Virus record (IMG/VR): IMGVR_UViG_3300044769_000044
Coordinates: 1-46,895 of that record
DNA length: 46,895 nt
DNA from: a virus
Lineage: Duplodnaviria > Caudoviricetes
Strand: one strand, 5' to 3'
Positions within the stretch are counted from its first letter, which is position 1, and each line of letters begins with the position of its first letter. The notes under the pieces are model-generated. The model was not told where the DNA came from. It saw only the letters and a program-made list of their open reading frames with translations, and searched no databases. Shown one piece after another: positions 34,887 to 44,064 of the stretch. The translations under genes and the position numbers were made by a program.

Positions 34887-35065
34887 TTCAGCCTCCCCCA
34901 GAGTGATCGCGAAAAGAACTCGCCCAGCGCCGCAGCCTGCTTGTCGAGCCGCTCGCGCGTGAGCTTCTCGTTGTGCAGCGCGATCTCGGTGTTCTGCGCT
35001 TCGTTCTGTAACTGGCGCCGTAACTCACGAGCAGAGACCTTGCGATTGATGGATGCGCCACTCAC
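34865..35065 (-). CDS. Hypothetical protein
   Basis: Coiled coil ending SLWGRLKWL. Confidence 0.55.
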   Translation of the reverse strand: MSGASINRKVSARELRRQLQNEAQNTEIALHNEKLTRERLDKQAAALGEFFSRSLWGRLKWLTTGK

Positions 35066-35271
35066 GCGCCAACCTTTCGAATAGACAACAGTGCGCCGCT
35101 GACACCAGCGGTACGGAAGACGCAATCGCTGACCACCACGCCCGCATCGGCAAACAGCACGCGCCCATAGGTCGCCTGTTGCACGACCTCGACGCGCTCG
35201 GAGTCCCTATCGAACAGGCGCCGCTCGATTCGCACCTGTGGCCCGTCCGCAGCCGCATACAACGTCATCAC
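35062..35271 (-). CDS. Hypothetical protein
   Basis: Coupled to portal stop. Confidence 0.5.
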   Translation of the reverse strand: MMTLYAAADGPQVRIERRLFDRDSERVEVVQQATYGRVLFADAGVVVSDCVFRTAGVSGALLSIRKVGA

Positions 35272-37565
35272 TTTGCGCCCGCCCCCGGCTTCGGCTGCGG
35301 CTTTGCCTTGATCTGCTGTATCGCCGCGTCCGCTTGCTGGTCACCCTGCTCCAGCGCGTTCTCATGCCCTTGCTCGGCCGCCATCGACGCATGCACGGCG
35401 TCGCGGTCTGACTGGTCGGAGGCGTGCGCCGCGTTCTGCGCCAGTTCCTGCTGGGCGATGTCCGCTTCCTGGTGCAACATGCCCACCTCGTGCTGACGGC
35501 CCACGCTGGCCTCGCGTGACTCGTGCTCGCGCCCTTCCGAGTCGTTGATGCGGCCGACCGTGGCGTCAAACATCGCCTTCGCCTTGTCCGCTTCGATCTT
35601 CATCTGGGCCAAAGCGATCTCGGTGTCGAGCTTCATCTTTTCGAGGTTGATCTTCGCCTCGTTGTTCATGCGCGCGACTTCGACCTGCGCTTGTTGCTTG
35701 ACCTGGTCGGTCTTGATGATGTCCGCGGCCTGCTCCAGTTGCTGCTTGAGCACCTGGTTCTCTTGCATCAGCACGCGCGGATCCTGCTTGCCGTCCTTCT
35801 CGGGATCCCACTTCGCCGCGAGCTCCGGCATGCCCGCGCCGTCCATGTTCTTGACCAGCGCAATCGTGGCGTCCTTCTGCATCTGCGGATCCATCAGCCG
35901 CGGGATGAGGTCACTGAGCGTCTCGCGCACTTCGGCTCGAGCCGTGTCATGCCGCCGTCCCGGGCTGATGGCAATGTCGTAGTCGTCAGGATCGCCGGAC
36001 AGGTCGAACATCTCCTGGACGGTCTGATCGATCATCTGCTGAGCGGCCTCTTGCTGGTCGGCGCCTAGATAGGTCACGAGCGGGAAATCGTGCTCGTCCG
36101 CGCCGATGATCCGCATCACGCGCGGTGTGTCGTAGACCTCACGGGCTTGCGACATGATGATCTTGGCGGTCAGCACGATGCCGTCGCCCAGGTTCTCCAT
36201 GTAGTCACTGGTCCCAAGTTCCTGATTCATCCGGCGATAGTTGTAGGCCTTGCCGGACAAACGGCTCTGGTCGCCCGCGGTCTCGTCCTGAAAGCTATCC
36301 TGCTGCCCTGTGATGCTACGCACGTGGTTCTGCATGCGCTGGGCGGCGATGGTCAGGGCGGAGACATCCACGCCGGCGGCGACACGTTGCGGCGGGGGAA
36401 TCGGCTTCCCCGAGGCGTCCGACGTCGCCTTGTACGGCAGCACCGCGTAATTGATGCGGTTACTGGTCTCCCAAATCTCTTTGAACTCCGCGATCTGCGT
36501 CCACTCGGCGAGCCAGGGCGCGGTCTTCGCGATGCTGATCGCTTCCATCAGCGAGGACTCGCAGAAGTCCTCCATGCGGTTGGGATCCTGCGCCATCCGC
36601 ACCATGCCGCGGTAATCGACCTTGCCGTCAATGTTCCGCCGCTCGCCGTAGATGCGCACCACGGGGATGAACTCACCGGGGATGGTGGTCTCTTCGAGCT
36701 TCTCCCCGATGCCGTTCACGAAGCAGTAGTAGACCTTCTCCTTCGTGACGTCGCGCTTCGCCGTGATCGTGATGCCCTCGGGCAGCGTGGGGATCTTCGC
36801 AAACTTGCCCTTCTCGCGGCCCGCCGTGGTCTCGACGTCATCGGCCCAGACTTCCTGACCGTCGGACAACAGCCACCTTTCGCGGCTCTCCGGCTTCAGG
36901 TGGTAGTACTCCGCGACTCGGCAGAACTGCTCCGTCACCCAATCAGGCGGGGTGTCCCCGACACTCTTCCAGCCGTGATCGCCCAGCGCGTCGGAGAGCT
37001 TCGAGTCCCCGAAGCGCGCTTTGTATTCCTCGTGCGTGTAGTCGCACCAGATGATCGCCCAACGTTTGTCTGACCCGTCCAGCTTCTTGGCGGTCGGATC
37101 GCAGTAGACCGTGTGCTGGTTGTCGATCTCGTGGATGCGGATGTCTTGCTGAAAGCCTTGGCCCACGTACTGCGGGAGCACCTTCCAGAAGCCGCGGCCC
37201 ATCTTCACCTGATGCTGCCCGGCCCACGTGTACGCGCGGCCCGCCTGTGACAGCCGCTCGATGCGCCTAACAATGCCCTGCCACCACTCGGCCTTCTTCG
37301 GATCGGTACCGTGGCCGACGGGACTTATGGTGATGCCAGGGCGCGCGGTGCGCTGCTGATTCGTGACGAGTTTGATCGGCCCCGAGGTGAGGTCAATCGT
37401 CAGCGCGGGCTTGCCCTGACTCTCGCGGTCCTTCTTGACCTTGGGATCCCAGTGGATGCCGGACTCGAACTCCAGATCGGCGATCTCCAGGCGCCGCTGC
37501 TCTTGCTCGGCATCGGTCGCGAGCTTTAGGCGGTCGCGAAAGAGCGTGAAGAAGTCGTCAGCCAC
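35268..37565 (-). CDS. Portal protein (P22-like)
   Basis: 765 aa; GIHWD, PALTI, G.G.W, IPVV..YG, GMVR...DP.R; long C-terminal coiled barrel. Confidence 0.9.
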   Translation of the reverse strand: MADDFFTLFRDRLKLATDAEQEQRRLEIADLEFESGIHWDPKVKKDRESQGKPALTIDLTSGPIKLVTNQQRTARPGITISPVGHGTDPKKAEWWQGIVRRIERLSQAGRAYTWAGQHQVKMGRGFWKVLPQYVGQGFQQDIRIHEIDNQHTVYCDPTAKKLDGSDKRWAIIWCDYTHEEYKARFGDSKLSDALGDHGWKSVGDTPPDWVTEQFCRVAEYYHLKPESRERWLLSDGQEVWADDVETTAGREKGKFAKIPTLPEGITITAKRDVTKEKVYYCFVNGIGEKLEETTIPGEFIPVVRIYGERRNIDGKVDYRGMVRMAQDPNRMEDFCESSLMEAISIAKTAPWLAEWTQIAEFKEIWETSNRINYAVLPYKATSDASGKPIPPPQRVAAGVDVSALTIAAQRMQNHVRSITGQQDSFQDETAGDQSRLSGKAYNYRRMNQELGTSDYMENLGDGIVLTAKIIMSQAREVYDTPRVMRIIGADEHDFPLVTYLGADQQEAAQQMIDQTVQEMFDLSGDPDDYDIAISPGRRHDTARAEVRETLSDLIPRLMDPQMQKDATIALVKNMDGAGMPELAAKWDPEKDGKQDPRVLMQENQVLKQQLEQAADIIKTDQVKQQAQVEVARMNNEAKINLEKMKLDTEIALAQMKIEADKAKAMFDATVGRINDSEGREHESREASVGRQHEVGMLHQEADIAQQELAQNAAHASDQSDRDAVHASMAAEQGHENALEQGDQQADAAIQQIKAKPQPKPGAGAK

Positions 37566-37722
37566 GATGCGCCTCTAGTTCTTCGGCGTTGAGCGCCGCT
37601 CGCCATGCGTTGCGCGCCCACCACACCGCAAGATCGACATCCCGCGTGAGACAGGCGATAGCGTGCTCGCCAAAACTGGCGGCCATGCCCCTCAACGCAT
37701 AGGCCAAGGCAGGGCGACTCAT
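37558..37722 (-). CDS. Hypothetical protein
   Basis: ATGA-coupled MSRPALAY... Confidence 0.5.
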   Translation of the reverse strand: MSRPALAYALRGMAASFGEHAIACLTRDVDLAVWWARNAWRAALNAEELEAHRG

Positions 37723-37874
37723 TCGTCCTCGTCCCACTCTGCCGCGTCGATGAGCGCGAAGCCTTCCGCTGCACGCGCGTCTACAATCGCGCACCCTTCG
37801 GACTCGCAATGGTCCGGCGTGGTACACGGCTGCTCCGTGATCGGGCAACGCTTCACGTCGGTGGTCTCGCTCAT
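37719..37874 (-). CDS. 51-aa Cys-rich acidic protein (not in ORF track)
   Basis: CPITEQPCTTPDHCESEGC; coupled both sides. Confidence 0.5.
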   Translation of the reverse strand: MSETTDVKRCPITEQPCTTPDHCESEGCAIVDARAAEGFALIDAAEWDEDE

Positions 37875-38350
37875 GCTGTTCTTGCGAACTCGCCGAAATG
37901 CTGACGCGCGGCGATAGCGTAGGCTTCAGCCGCAGCGTCCTCGGACTCGAACAGACCGAGGTAGTAGTTGTGCTTGTCGCGCATGATTTGCGCCATCCAC
38001 TTGCCAGCGGCCTTGTGGTACGTCACGCCCTTGCGGCTGGACACCGTACCGGTTTGCTTCGCCTTGTTGGCGTTGTTCTGGCTCTGCGTCGCGGCGCGTA
38101 GGTTGGCGCGCGTGTTGTTCAGGCCATTACGATCACAGTGATCTACTTGCTCCCAGCGGTCAGTCACTCCGAGAATCAGCCGGTGCATGTAGGTCGTTCG
38201 GCCGTTGATGCGCGTCATCGCGTAGCCGCTGCGACCATTCCGACCGGGCGTATGTACCCAACGGTGCGCGGTCACGAGTGCCACGTCTTCGTCGTCGATC
38301 AGCGCGACCTTGCCACGCGTCAACAGCACGCTAACCAATGAAGCCTCCAC
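37871..38350 (-). CDS. HNH-AP2 homing endonuclease
   Basis: ALIDDED, MHRLIL, VDH..RNGLNN.RANLR, KGV...KW.AQI...YLGLF AP2 domain. Confidence 0.9.
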   Translation of the reverse strand: MEASLVSVLLTRGKVALIDDEDVALVTAHRWVHTPGRNGRSGYAMTRINGRTTYMHRLILGVTDRWEQVDHCDRNGLNNTRANLRAATQSQNNANKAKQTGTVSSRKGVTYHKAAGKWMAQIMRDKHNYYLGLFESEDAAAEAYAIAARQHFGEFARTA

Positions 38351-39893
38351 CGTAGACCGCCAGCCACGCGAGCGCGCCCGCCATGAACGACGCCGGGCCG
38401 CTGAAGTGCGGCATCTTCGGGGCGATCGGTGACTCCACCTTGACCACCGGCGCCGCGAACGTGAGCGCCAGCGCATCGCCATCGTCCGGCGAGTCAATCC
38501 CGCGCTTCTTCATCTGCTCTTTCGATTCCAACTTCACCCGCTGACGCTTGTCCGGCACCATACCCGGCCCGGCGAGGTCGGCTTCGAGTTCGTGGTGTGC
38601 ATCAATCGCCCCGGTGATCAGCCACTCTTTCATCGAGCCCCAGATGTAGTCGCGCATGTAGGCGTACTTGATGTCCGGGGAATCCGCGCCGAAGTTGACC
38701 TCTTGCACGTTGCGGTGCCCGAGCTGGCGCAGTCGTGCGGCGATCGGACCCGCGATGCCCGCGGAGTCCAGGAACAACATCGCAATCGGGTGACGGAGTT
38801 GCGTCGCGGGGTCCAGCACGCCCTCTTTCAACAAGTCGCCCAGTCGCGTCGTGAGCACTTGCGGGTCGCGGGTAAACTCGCCCTTCACGCGGATACTCGG
38901 GATGCTGCGCGCATCCGCCCCGCGCCGGAACCGGATGACGTTGTCGTCCGAGCCGCCCCAGGCGAGGTCGCAGCCCGCCACCAGGGGTTCATCGGGGAGG
39001 ACATGGACCTGACGCTTCTGCGCATCAAGGATGCGCTGCGAGTCGATAAACTGCGCATCGCTCGCCCGCGGCGGCAGTCCGAGCACCCGCACACGGACGA
39101 AGTCGGAGTCGAGCCCGTAGTCGGTGATCCACTCATCGATCTGTCCCTTGTTCGTAAAGCGAGAGGTCCGGCTGTCGATAATCATCGGGTTCCACCGATG
39201 CCGCATCACGCCGAACGCCGCTTGATGGAACTTGCCTGTCCCGCGCGTCGGGTTGCCGAACTGGAAGAACATCGGCTCGCCGTCGGTCAAGCCGCCTTCG
39301 GCCACTTCGTGAATCTTGTCGGGGATCGCAGAGGCTTCGTCGAAGAAGTAGAAACTGGTCGAGTCCTTAGCGTGCTGTCCTGCGAAGGCTTCCGAGTTCT
39401 CTTCCTTCGACGATTGGGGGGCGCAGAACCACGACTTTGGATGCTGCTTGTGATACATCCGCGCCGCGTTGACCTCGAACCAGTGGCCGGTCTTGCACAG
39501 CCGCGTCCAGCGCGAGATCGTCGCCCAGGTCTTCGTCTGGAGCTGGGTAATCGTGTTGGCCGTCACGGTGCCCTGCGCGTGCGGACGCGTGGACATGATC
39601 CAATCGACCACGAAGGCCACGAGGACCGATTTGCCGATACCGTGACCACTGGAGATGGCCCGGCGAATGGGGTCTACCGCGTTGGCGCCATCAAACTTGC
39701 GGGCGCGGACTTGCGCGCCAAGCCACTCCAGGAATTCGCGCTGCCACGTGTCGGGGCCGGGCTCCTGCTCAAGTGGGCCGGGCTCTTGCCAGGGGTACAT
39801 CGCACAGACAAACCCCAATGGGTCGGCGTAGTAGCGCGCGACTTCCTCGTGCAGTAGGGTTTCGTAGGATGGCGCGGGGGCGGTGGCCATCAA
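38331..39893 (-). CDS. terL: Terminase large subunit
   Basis: SGHGIGKS Walker A, FFDEAS Walker B, GNP, GCDLA, SPDDGDALAL. Confidence 0.93.
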   Translation of the reverse strand: MMATAPAPSYETLLHEEVARYYADPLGFVCAMYPWQEPGPLEQEPGPDTWQREFLEWLGAQVRARKFDGANAVDPIRRAISSGHGIGKSVLVAFVVDWIMSTRPHAQGTVTANTITQLQTKTWATISRWTRLCKTGHWFEVNAARMYHKQHPKSWFCAPQSSKEENSEAFAGQHAKDSTSFYFFDEASAIPDKIHEVAEGGLTDGEPMFFQFGNPTRGTGKFHQAAFGVMRHRWNPMIIDSRTSRFTNKGQIDEWITDYGLDSDFVRVRVLGLPPRASDAQFIDSQRILDAQKRQVHVLPDEPLVAGCDLAWGGSDDNVIRFRRGADARSIPSIRVKGEFTRDPQVLTTRLGDLLKEGVLDPATQLRHPIAMLFLDSAGIAGPIAARLRQLGHRNVQEVNFGADSPDIKYAYMRDYIWGSMKEWLITGAIDAHHELEADLAGPGMVPDKRQRVKLESKEQMKKRGIDSPDDGDALALTFAAPVVKVESPIAPKMPHFSGPASFMAGALAWLAVYGGGFIG

Positions 39894-40342
39894 CCGCGCG
39901 CCTCAGCCGCACGCTTCCGGCCGGCGTGCAAGGCGGCAATCAGGGCATCTGAGGCATCGACTTCGACGCGCTCCTTCAGCAACCCGTAGTACTTCGCCGC
40001 CATCTCGACAAACCGTGCGCGGTCGCTCACCTTGATTTTGTGGACGCGGTCGGTGTGCCCGTCGCCAGCTTCGGCATTCTTGATAATCACCTCGACGCCC
40101 GCGATACAGAATCGCTCGTCTTCGCTCAACTGGTGAATCGGTCGCAGATTGCCCTGCGCGTCGAACAGTTTCCCGATGTCGTACAGCGCCCCGCGTCGAA
40201 TCGCTTCCACCGTGCTTGCGGCCGACAACTCTGTCTCCGCGAGCTTCGCCGCAATCAGCGTGGCTTTCTTGTTGACGGTGCCAACTTTGCGACCGCCCGT
40301 CTTCGGTAAGCCCTTCGGCCTACCAGGCTTGCCATTCGCCAT
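39890..40342 (-). CDS. terS: Terminase small subunit
   Basis: GGRK.GT.NK, D...LFD..GNLRPI, KIK..DR; directly upstream of TerL. Confidence 0.8.
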   Translation of the reverse strand: MANGKPGRPKGLPKTGGRKVGTVNKKATLIAAKLAETELSAASTVEAIRRGALYDIGKLFDAQGNLRPIHQLSEDERFCIAGVEVIIKNAEAGDGHTDRVHKIKVSDRARFVEMAAKYYGLLKERVEVDASDALIAALHAGRKRAAEARG

Positions 40343-40450
40343 GCGATAGAAATGTTAGAAATGGGAACCGAGGCTCAGTTGAGCATGCGCCTCGTCTGCT
40401 CGATTGGGAATGTGGAATTGCCGATAAGTATGCGTGGGTGCGCGTGAGTG

Positions 40451-40466
40451 CGTTTCGCGTGAAACG
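40451..40466. promoter_or_regulatory. parS-like palindrome
   Basis: CGTTTCGCGTGAAACG; 13/14 match to core GTTTCACGTGAAAC; intergenic. Confidence 0.6.
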
Positions 40467-40679
40467 TTACGCGCTGCGCTGGCGGGTCTGTGGGAATGCG
40501 CGCTGGGCTTCGTGCGTGGGGATGTGCCAGTTCCGACCGGCTCGGTAGGCGTGCAGTGAGCCTGCCTCAATCATGCGGCGGATGGTGCGCTCGTGAATCT
40601 TCAGGTAGCGCGCCAGTTCGCGTGGTGTCACCCAATCGAAATCGTGCGTATCGAGATCGAGGAGTTGTGGTCGTCTCAT
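40467..40679 (-). CDS. Excisionase-like HTH_17 DNA-binding protein
   Basis: TPRELARYLKIHERTIRRMI..G.L.AYR.G..W.I. Confidence 0.8.
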   Translation of the reverse strand: MRRPQLLDLDTHDFDWVTPRELARYLKIHERTIRRMIEAGSLHAYRAGRNWHIPTHEAQRAFPQTRQRSA

Positions 40680-40683
40680 GCCT

Positions 40684-40989
40684 TTATCGCTCCTGCTTCA
40701 TGGCGTTCAGGGCGTCCGTGAGCCGCTGGATCTCGGCGACGAGAGATCGCAACTGTGAGCTTGTTGATTGGTCTTTGGTTTCCGCGTCGGGGGACGTTGG
40801 GACTACATCCGAGCCATGAGCCTCACCGGCCGATGGCGACAGCCTTGAAAGCGAAGGATCGTTAGGCCACTTCGGCCACGGCGCGGTGCATGTACAGGCG
40901 TAGCCGTCGTCCATGCGGCACTTACCCAACTCGTGAATCGCGAACGGGAATTGGTGATAGCGAGGACTGTCTGGACTTGGAGGGGTCAT
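40684..40989 (-). CDS. Hypothetical chimeric protein reading through a repeat element
   Basis: H..GKC......CTC module + LSPSAGEA repeat + RSLVA coil. Confidence 0.55.
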   Translation of the reverse strand: MTPPSPDSPRYHQFPFAIHELGKCRMDDGYACTCTAPWPKWPNDPSLSRLSPSAGEAHGSDVVPTSPDAETKDQSTSSQLRSLVAEIQRLTDALNAMKQER

Positions 40990-41239
40990 AACAGTCCGGC
41001 CACGACGTGCGTGACAATTCCGAAGCCCCGCACTCTGTTTCTAGCGACAATGGTCCGCACGACAGCATCATTCAGTTCGGGCTTCACCAAATCCTCTGTG
41101 CAATGCGTGAATGTCAATGCCGCCAACAACACCGTCGTGGCGTCGTAGAGGTCTTGAATCGACGCCGAAGCCACTTCGTTGTAGGACGCGGTAGATCCCG
41201 TCGGTTGTGACGCCTGTGGCTGACCCTCGTCCACGCGCG
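40779..41239. mobile_element. Putative cassette E1 bounded by inward-facing bipartite repeats
   Basis: Ends 40779-40841(+) and 41188-41239(-); TCTTT at 40772 and 41248. Confidence 0.5.
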
Positions 41240-41639
41240 ACTCCAACTCTTTCTCTAATTCTCGAATTCTGGCGACGAGGGATCGCTCGTGATCGACTGG
41301 AAGCGCGTCAGCGATGGCAAAGGCTTCTCTCGCCCACTCGCAGAGACGATTCACCTGTTGCTGCTCCTCCTCGGACAGTTGGTGCTTGCGGAGTATCAGA
41401 CTGGCCCTGCCGCTCAGTTGTCTCCCGAGCGTTAATAGTCGCTGCCTCAAGCTCTCTACGGAGGGGGCGGCAGAGGCGGAATCAGGAGATGGGCTTTTGT
41501 TTTCCGCGTCGGACGACGTTGGGACTGCACTCGAACCCTGAGCCTCACCGGCCGATGGCGACAATGCTGCTCGGACGCGCTGAGCCGCCGCGAAACCAAT
41601 ACCGAGCTTGCGCTGAATGTCTTGCAGCGTCATCGCCAT
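40986..41639 (-). CDS. Hypothetical chimeric protein with FtsK-gamma-like N-terminal motif
   Basis: IQRKLGIGFAAA; reads through two repeat elements. Confidence 0.55.
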   Translation of the reverse strand: MAMTLQDIQRKLGIGFAAAQRVRAALSPSAGEAQGSSAVPTSSDAENKSPSPDSASAAPSVESLRQRLLTLGRQLSGRASLILRKHQLSEEEQQQVNRLCEWAREAFAIADALPVDHERSLVARIRELEKELESRVDEGQPQASQPTGSTASYNEVASASIQDLYDATTVLLAALTFTHCTEDLVKPELNDAVVRTIVARNRVRGFGIVTHVVAGLL

Positions 41640-41911
41640 ATCGCCTCTGGATCTCTCGGTCTGACGTTCCGCTGAAATACCGAGACATCTTTCGTTTTTC
41701 CAGACTTCAGAAAGCAACGCACGACGACGCGTCGCGCAGTTCTCTTGACGAACGTTCCTGGCACGTCGCTTCCGAATCCATAGCCGCCGCGCGGGACGTG
41801 CCGATACCAAATCGGGTCGCCCTCTATGAATGTATGAGCAGGCTCGTTCTTCCCCCCGGTAGCCTGTGGGTCCCCGTGCGGCAAGCTGTCCACGTGGGTA
41901 TCACTCTTCAT
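41630..41911 (-). CDS. Hypothetical SH3-like protein
   Basis: GD.IWY...RGGYG...VPG.....T.RRV. Confidence 0.55.
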   Translation of the reverse strand: MKSDTHVDSLPHGDPQATGGKNEPAHTFIEGDPIWYRHVPRGGYGFGSDVPGTFVKRTARRVVVRCFLKSGKTKDVSVFQRNVRPRDPEAIWR

Positions 41912-42447
41912 GTCTTCTCCTGCGCTGTCTTCTGCGGCGGCTCGACGACCTGCAGCTCCTTGCGCTCATACAACAGATCGGACGTGATGTAGCTGCTGCC
42001 ACACGTGGAACACACCGGATGCCCACGCCAGACGGCTGTTGTTGGGCCGCAATCACGGCAGCTCCAATGCCTCATGTCCTTGCTCTGCTGCTGCTCGACG
42101 AGGCAATTCGCGAATTGCAAATGATGCCCACACGCGTTGATCGACTTACACGACACTGGCGTATTGCATCCGCCCTCGCGCTGGCACTGTCGCTGCTGCT
42201 CGACGAGGAGGACCAGGAGGGATTTCGATTCTTGGATGGTCTGTAGCAGCGCCCGTCTCGACTCCTGGTCGGTGCTGATTCCTCGCCGAGACAGCGATAC
42301 GCCTCCAAGCCACACATATCCTTCGCGCCATCGCGCAATCAGGGCTTCCACCTGGGTCACGAGAGAGGGCTCAATAGAGGAAGAGCGAGAGTCGCGAGAC
42401 TCCGAGAGTGCTGCGCTCGACACGACAGGATCGCCCGCGTCAGACAT
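41908..42447 (-). CDS. Hypothetical modular Cys-rich protein
   Basis: CRDC...CSTC zinc ribbon; internal 17-bp direct repeat. Confidence 0.55.
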   Translation of the reverse strand: MSDAGDPVVSSAALSESRDSRSSSIEPSLVTQVEALIARWREGYVWLGGVSLSRRGISTDQESRRALLQTIQESKSLLVLLVEQQRQCQREGGCNTPVSCKSINACGHHLQFANCLVEQQQSKDMRHWSCRDCGPTTAVWRGHPVCSTCGSSYITSDLLYERKELQVVEPPQKTAQEKT

Positions 42448-42811
42448 TGGGGTTCGCTCCATCAACCGTTACTGTTTCATCGAACACGCGGAGTGGCTTT
42501 CTAAGGCGACGGGCCATCTCGATCGTCGATTGCGTGCCGCGTGATCGCCCATCCCAGAACGCCACCACTTCATCGGACCGCTCAACGATGGCTCTGTTGC
42601 GAATGATGCCAGCGGAGCGCCCATGAATATCCCAATCCGGCAGGTAGACCTCGTACTTCATGCCGAGACGACGAGCCTCGCCGGTCGCCGCGCTGTCAAC
42701 GCCGCCAGCCCCACCAGACACGATCACGGTGTTGCGGTCCTGCTCCCACACGAAATGACGCACTGCCGCCAAGTTACGAAAGCCACGCGAGCCGACAACC
42801 GCAATCCTCAT
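42440..42811 (-). CDS. SLOG-family (YspA/DUF2493-like) protein
   Basis: IAVVGSR, IVSGGAGGVD, AG.IRN, AFWDG.SRGT. Confidence 0.85.
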   Translation of the reverse strand: MRIAVVGSRGFRNLAAVRHFVWEQDRNTVIVSGGAGGVDSAATGEARRLGMKYEVYLPDWDIHGRSAGIIRNRAIVERSDEVVAFWDGRSRGTQSTIEMARRLRKPLRVFDETVTVDGANPNV

Positions 42812-42942
42812 TGTTGGCTTACTCCCCCGTAGTTACCATTGCGGTAGATCCCTGCGGTCCTCACTCTGTGGATAGGGGCCGTCCACGCGCGTCTCCAATG
42901 CCTTTTGGGGGCCACGAGAGAGGCGGAAGAGGCATCAGTCAT
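42808..42942 (-). CDS. 44-aa ORF, possibly a gene start interrupted by element E2
   Basis: MTDASSASLVA then reads through the repeat. Confidence 0.35.
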   Translation of the reverse strand: MTDASSASLVAPKRHWRRAWTAPIHRVRTAGIYRNGNYGGVSQQ

Positions 42943-43088
42943 GGCATTCCAATCTTCGCTCGCGCAAACTGATAACGCCCGCACCGCTCACACCTCCGAC
43001 CTTGCACCATGTTCGCCCCAGTGGGCTCGCACCATTTCGACCAGGCATGGCCGAAAACGCACGTCCACCATCGAATGTGAGCGGTCAC
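42939..43088 (-). CDS. 49-aa DUF1660-like protein (not in ORF track)
   Basis: C.FGH.W...CERCG; GGAG upstream. Confidence 0.6.
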   Translation of the reverse strand: MTAHIRWWTCVFGHAWSKWCEPTGANMVQGRRCERCGRYQFARAKIGMP

Positions 43089-43113
43089 TCCTTCTGCTCC
43101 TCGTCTGAGGCCA

Positions 43114-43518
43114 TCAGCGTTCTACCCACTCTTTACACCAGCCGAGAATCAGCGTCCGCAGTGACACGCCCTCGCGCTTCGCCTTGGCCTTGACGCGAAT
43201 CCACAGCGCCGGAGGAATCTTGTCCAGCATGAAATAGACCCGCTTCTCTCGGGTTGTTGGGAACTCATCGGAATAGCCGCGCTTTTTGGTCATATGGCTT
43301 CGCTGAATCGCCTCACATCGTCGCCTCGTCGCGCCGCCGTTAATCACAACAGCGCCGTCGTTTGCATGCTCGGCGATAATCATGGCATCGCACACACGGC
43401 AGGTTGACGACCACGCTATTCCGTTCCCATTGTTGTGGGGCACCGTATATGAGCGTGGTTCGTGGCCCAACTCAATTGCCCTCAACATCGCCTTTTCAGC
43501 AGCTTGCCCTAGAGTCAC
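43114..43518 (-). CDS. Protein with C-terminal ribbon-helix-helix (possible internal start 43293)
   Basis: FMLDKIPPALWIRVKAKAKREGVSLRTLI. Confidence 0.7.
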   Translation of the reverse strand: MTLGQAAEKAMLRAIELGHEPRSYTVPHNNGNGIAWSSTCRVCDAMIIAEHANDGAVVINGGATRRRCEAIQRSHMTKKRGYSDEFPTTREKRVYFMLDKIPPALWIRVKAKAKREGVSLRTLILGWCKEWVER

Positions 43519-43940
43519 AGCCGCTCAGTAACGCGCGATACCTTCAACCCGAACGTCTTCACGAGACGCATCGGCAACGCGATTCCAGGCCCCTCACCCA
43601 CATACACCTTGGGCGGAGCGCAAATGACCACCTCGAACGACTTCTGCCAATCTTCGAGTTCAACCACTGGCATCTGCTCACCAGACGGCTTCGCCGTAAA
43701 CTTCTTCCGGCCACCGCCGCGCAACCCAGTCGCCTTTAACCACTCGTCCTTATCGATGGTGTAACTGGCTGGTCCGGTGTGTTCATGCTGGTGGGGCTGG
43801 TCGCCGCCCTCATGGGAATGCACTACTTTCGTAATCCACCGCCCATCCTTTGAGTAGCCGCCACCGTTGGCGTAACGGCCGGACACATACGAATGTTCGT
43901 GGACTTCAAGGCGCTTTCCGCTCTGCTTCGTCATTGGCAT
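43515..43940 (-). CDS. Hypothetical His-rich protein
   Basis: HSHEGG..PH.H.HTGP; GAGG RBS after promoter. Confidence 0.65.
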   Translation of the reverse strand: MPMTKQSGKRLEVHEHSYVSGRYANGGGYSKDGRWITKVVHSHEGGDQPHQHEHTGPASYTIDKDEWLKATGLRGGGRKKFTAKPSGEQMPVVELEDWQKSFEVVICAPPKVYVGEGPGIALPMRLVKTFGLKVSRVTERL

Positions 43941-43955
43941 CAACCTCTGACCACT

Positions 43956-43984
43956 AATATACACAATACATGTATTCATGTCAA
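43956..43984 (-). promoter_or_regulatory. Sigma70 promoter with palindromic operator
   Basis: TTGACA-17nt-TATATT; AATACATGTATT palindrome at 43965-43976. Confidence 0.8.
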
Positions 43985-44064
43985 GCGCCTCGCTTGGCTG
44001 GTTGGTCCACGCGGCAGCACGGGCCCGTCCGTTGGGCAGGGCCTCCCAGAACGCGCATAAGTCT

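Larger units (their letters stand above)
41501..42891. mobile_element. Putative cassette E2 bounded by inward-facing bipartite repeats
   Basis: Ends 41501-41563(+) and 42841-42891(-); CTTTTG at 41494 and 42902. Confidence 0.5.

Noticed and set aside
12674-39857. Long + strand ORFs antisense to structural genes (e.g. 22584-23801, 38592-39857)
   Set aside because: Shadow frames of GC-rich coding sequence with no recognisable motifs
40467-40679. Xis-like gene as evidence of integration
   Set aside because: HTH_17 proteins before terS are often regulators; no integrase or att site found
40779-41563. 63-bp repeat pair as DGR TR/VR
   Set aside because: The seven mismatches are not adenine-specific on either strand, and no RT is present
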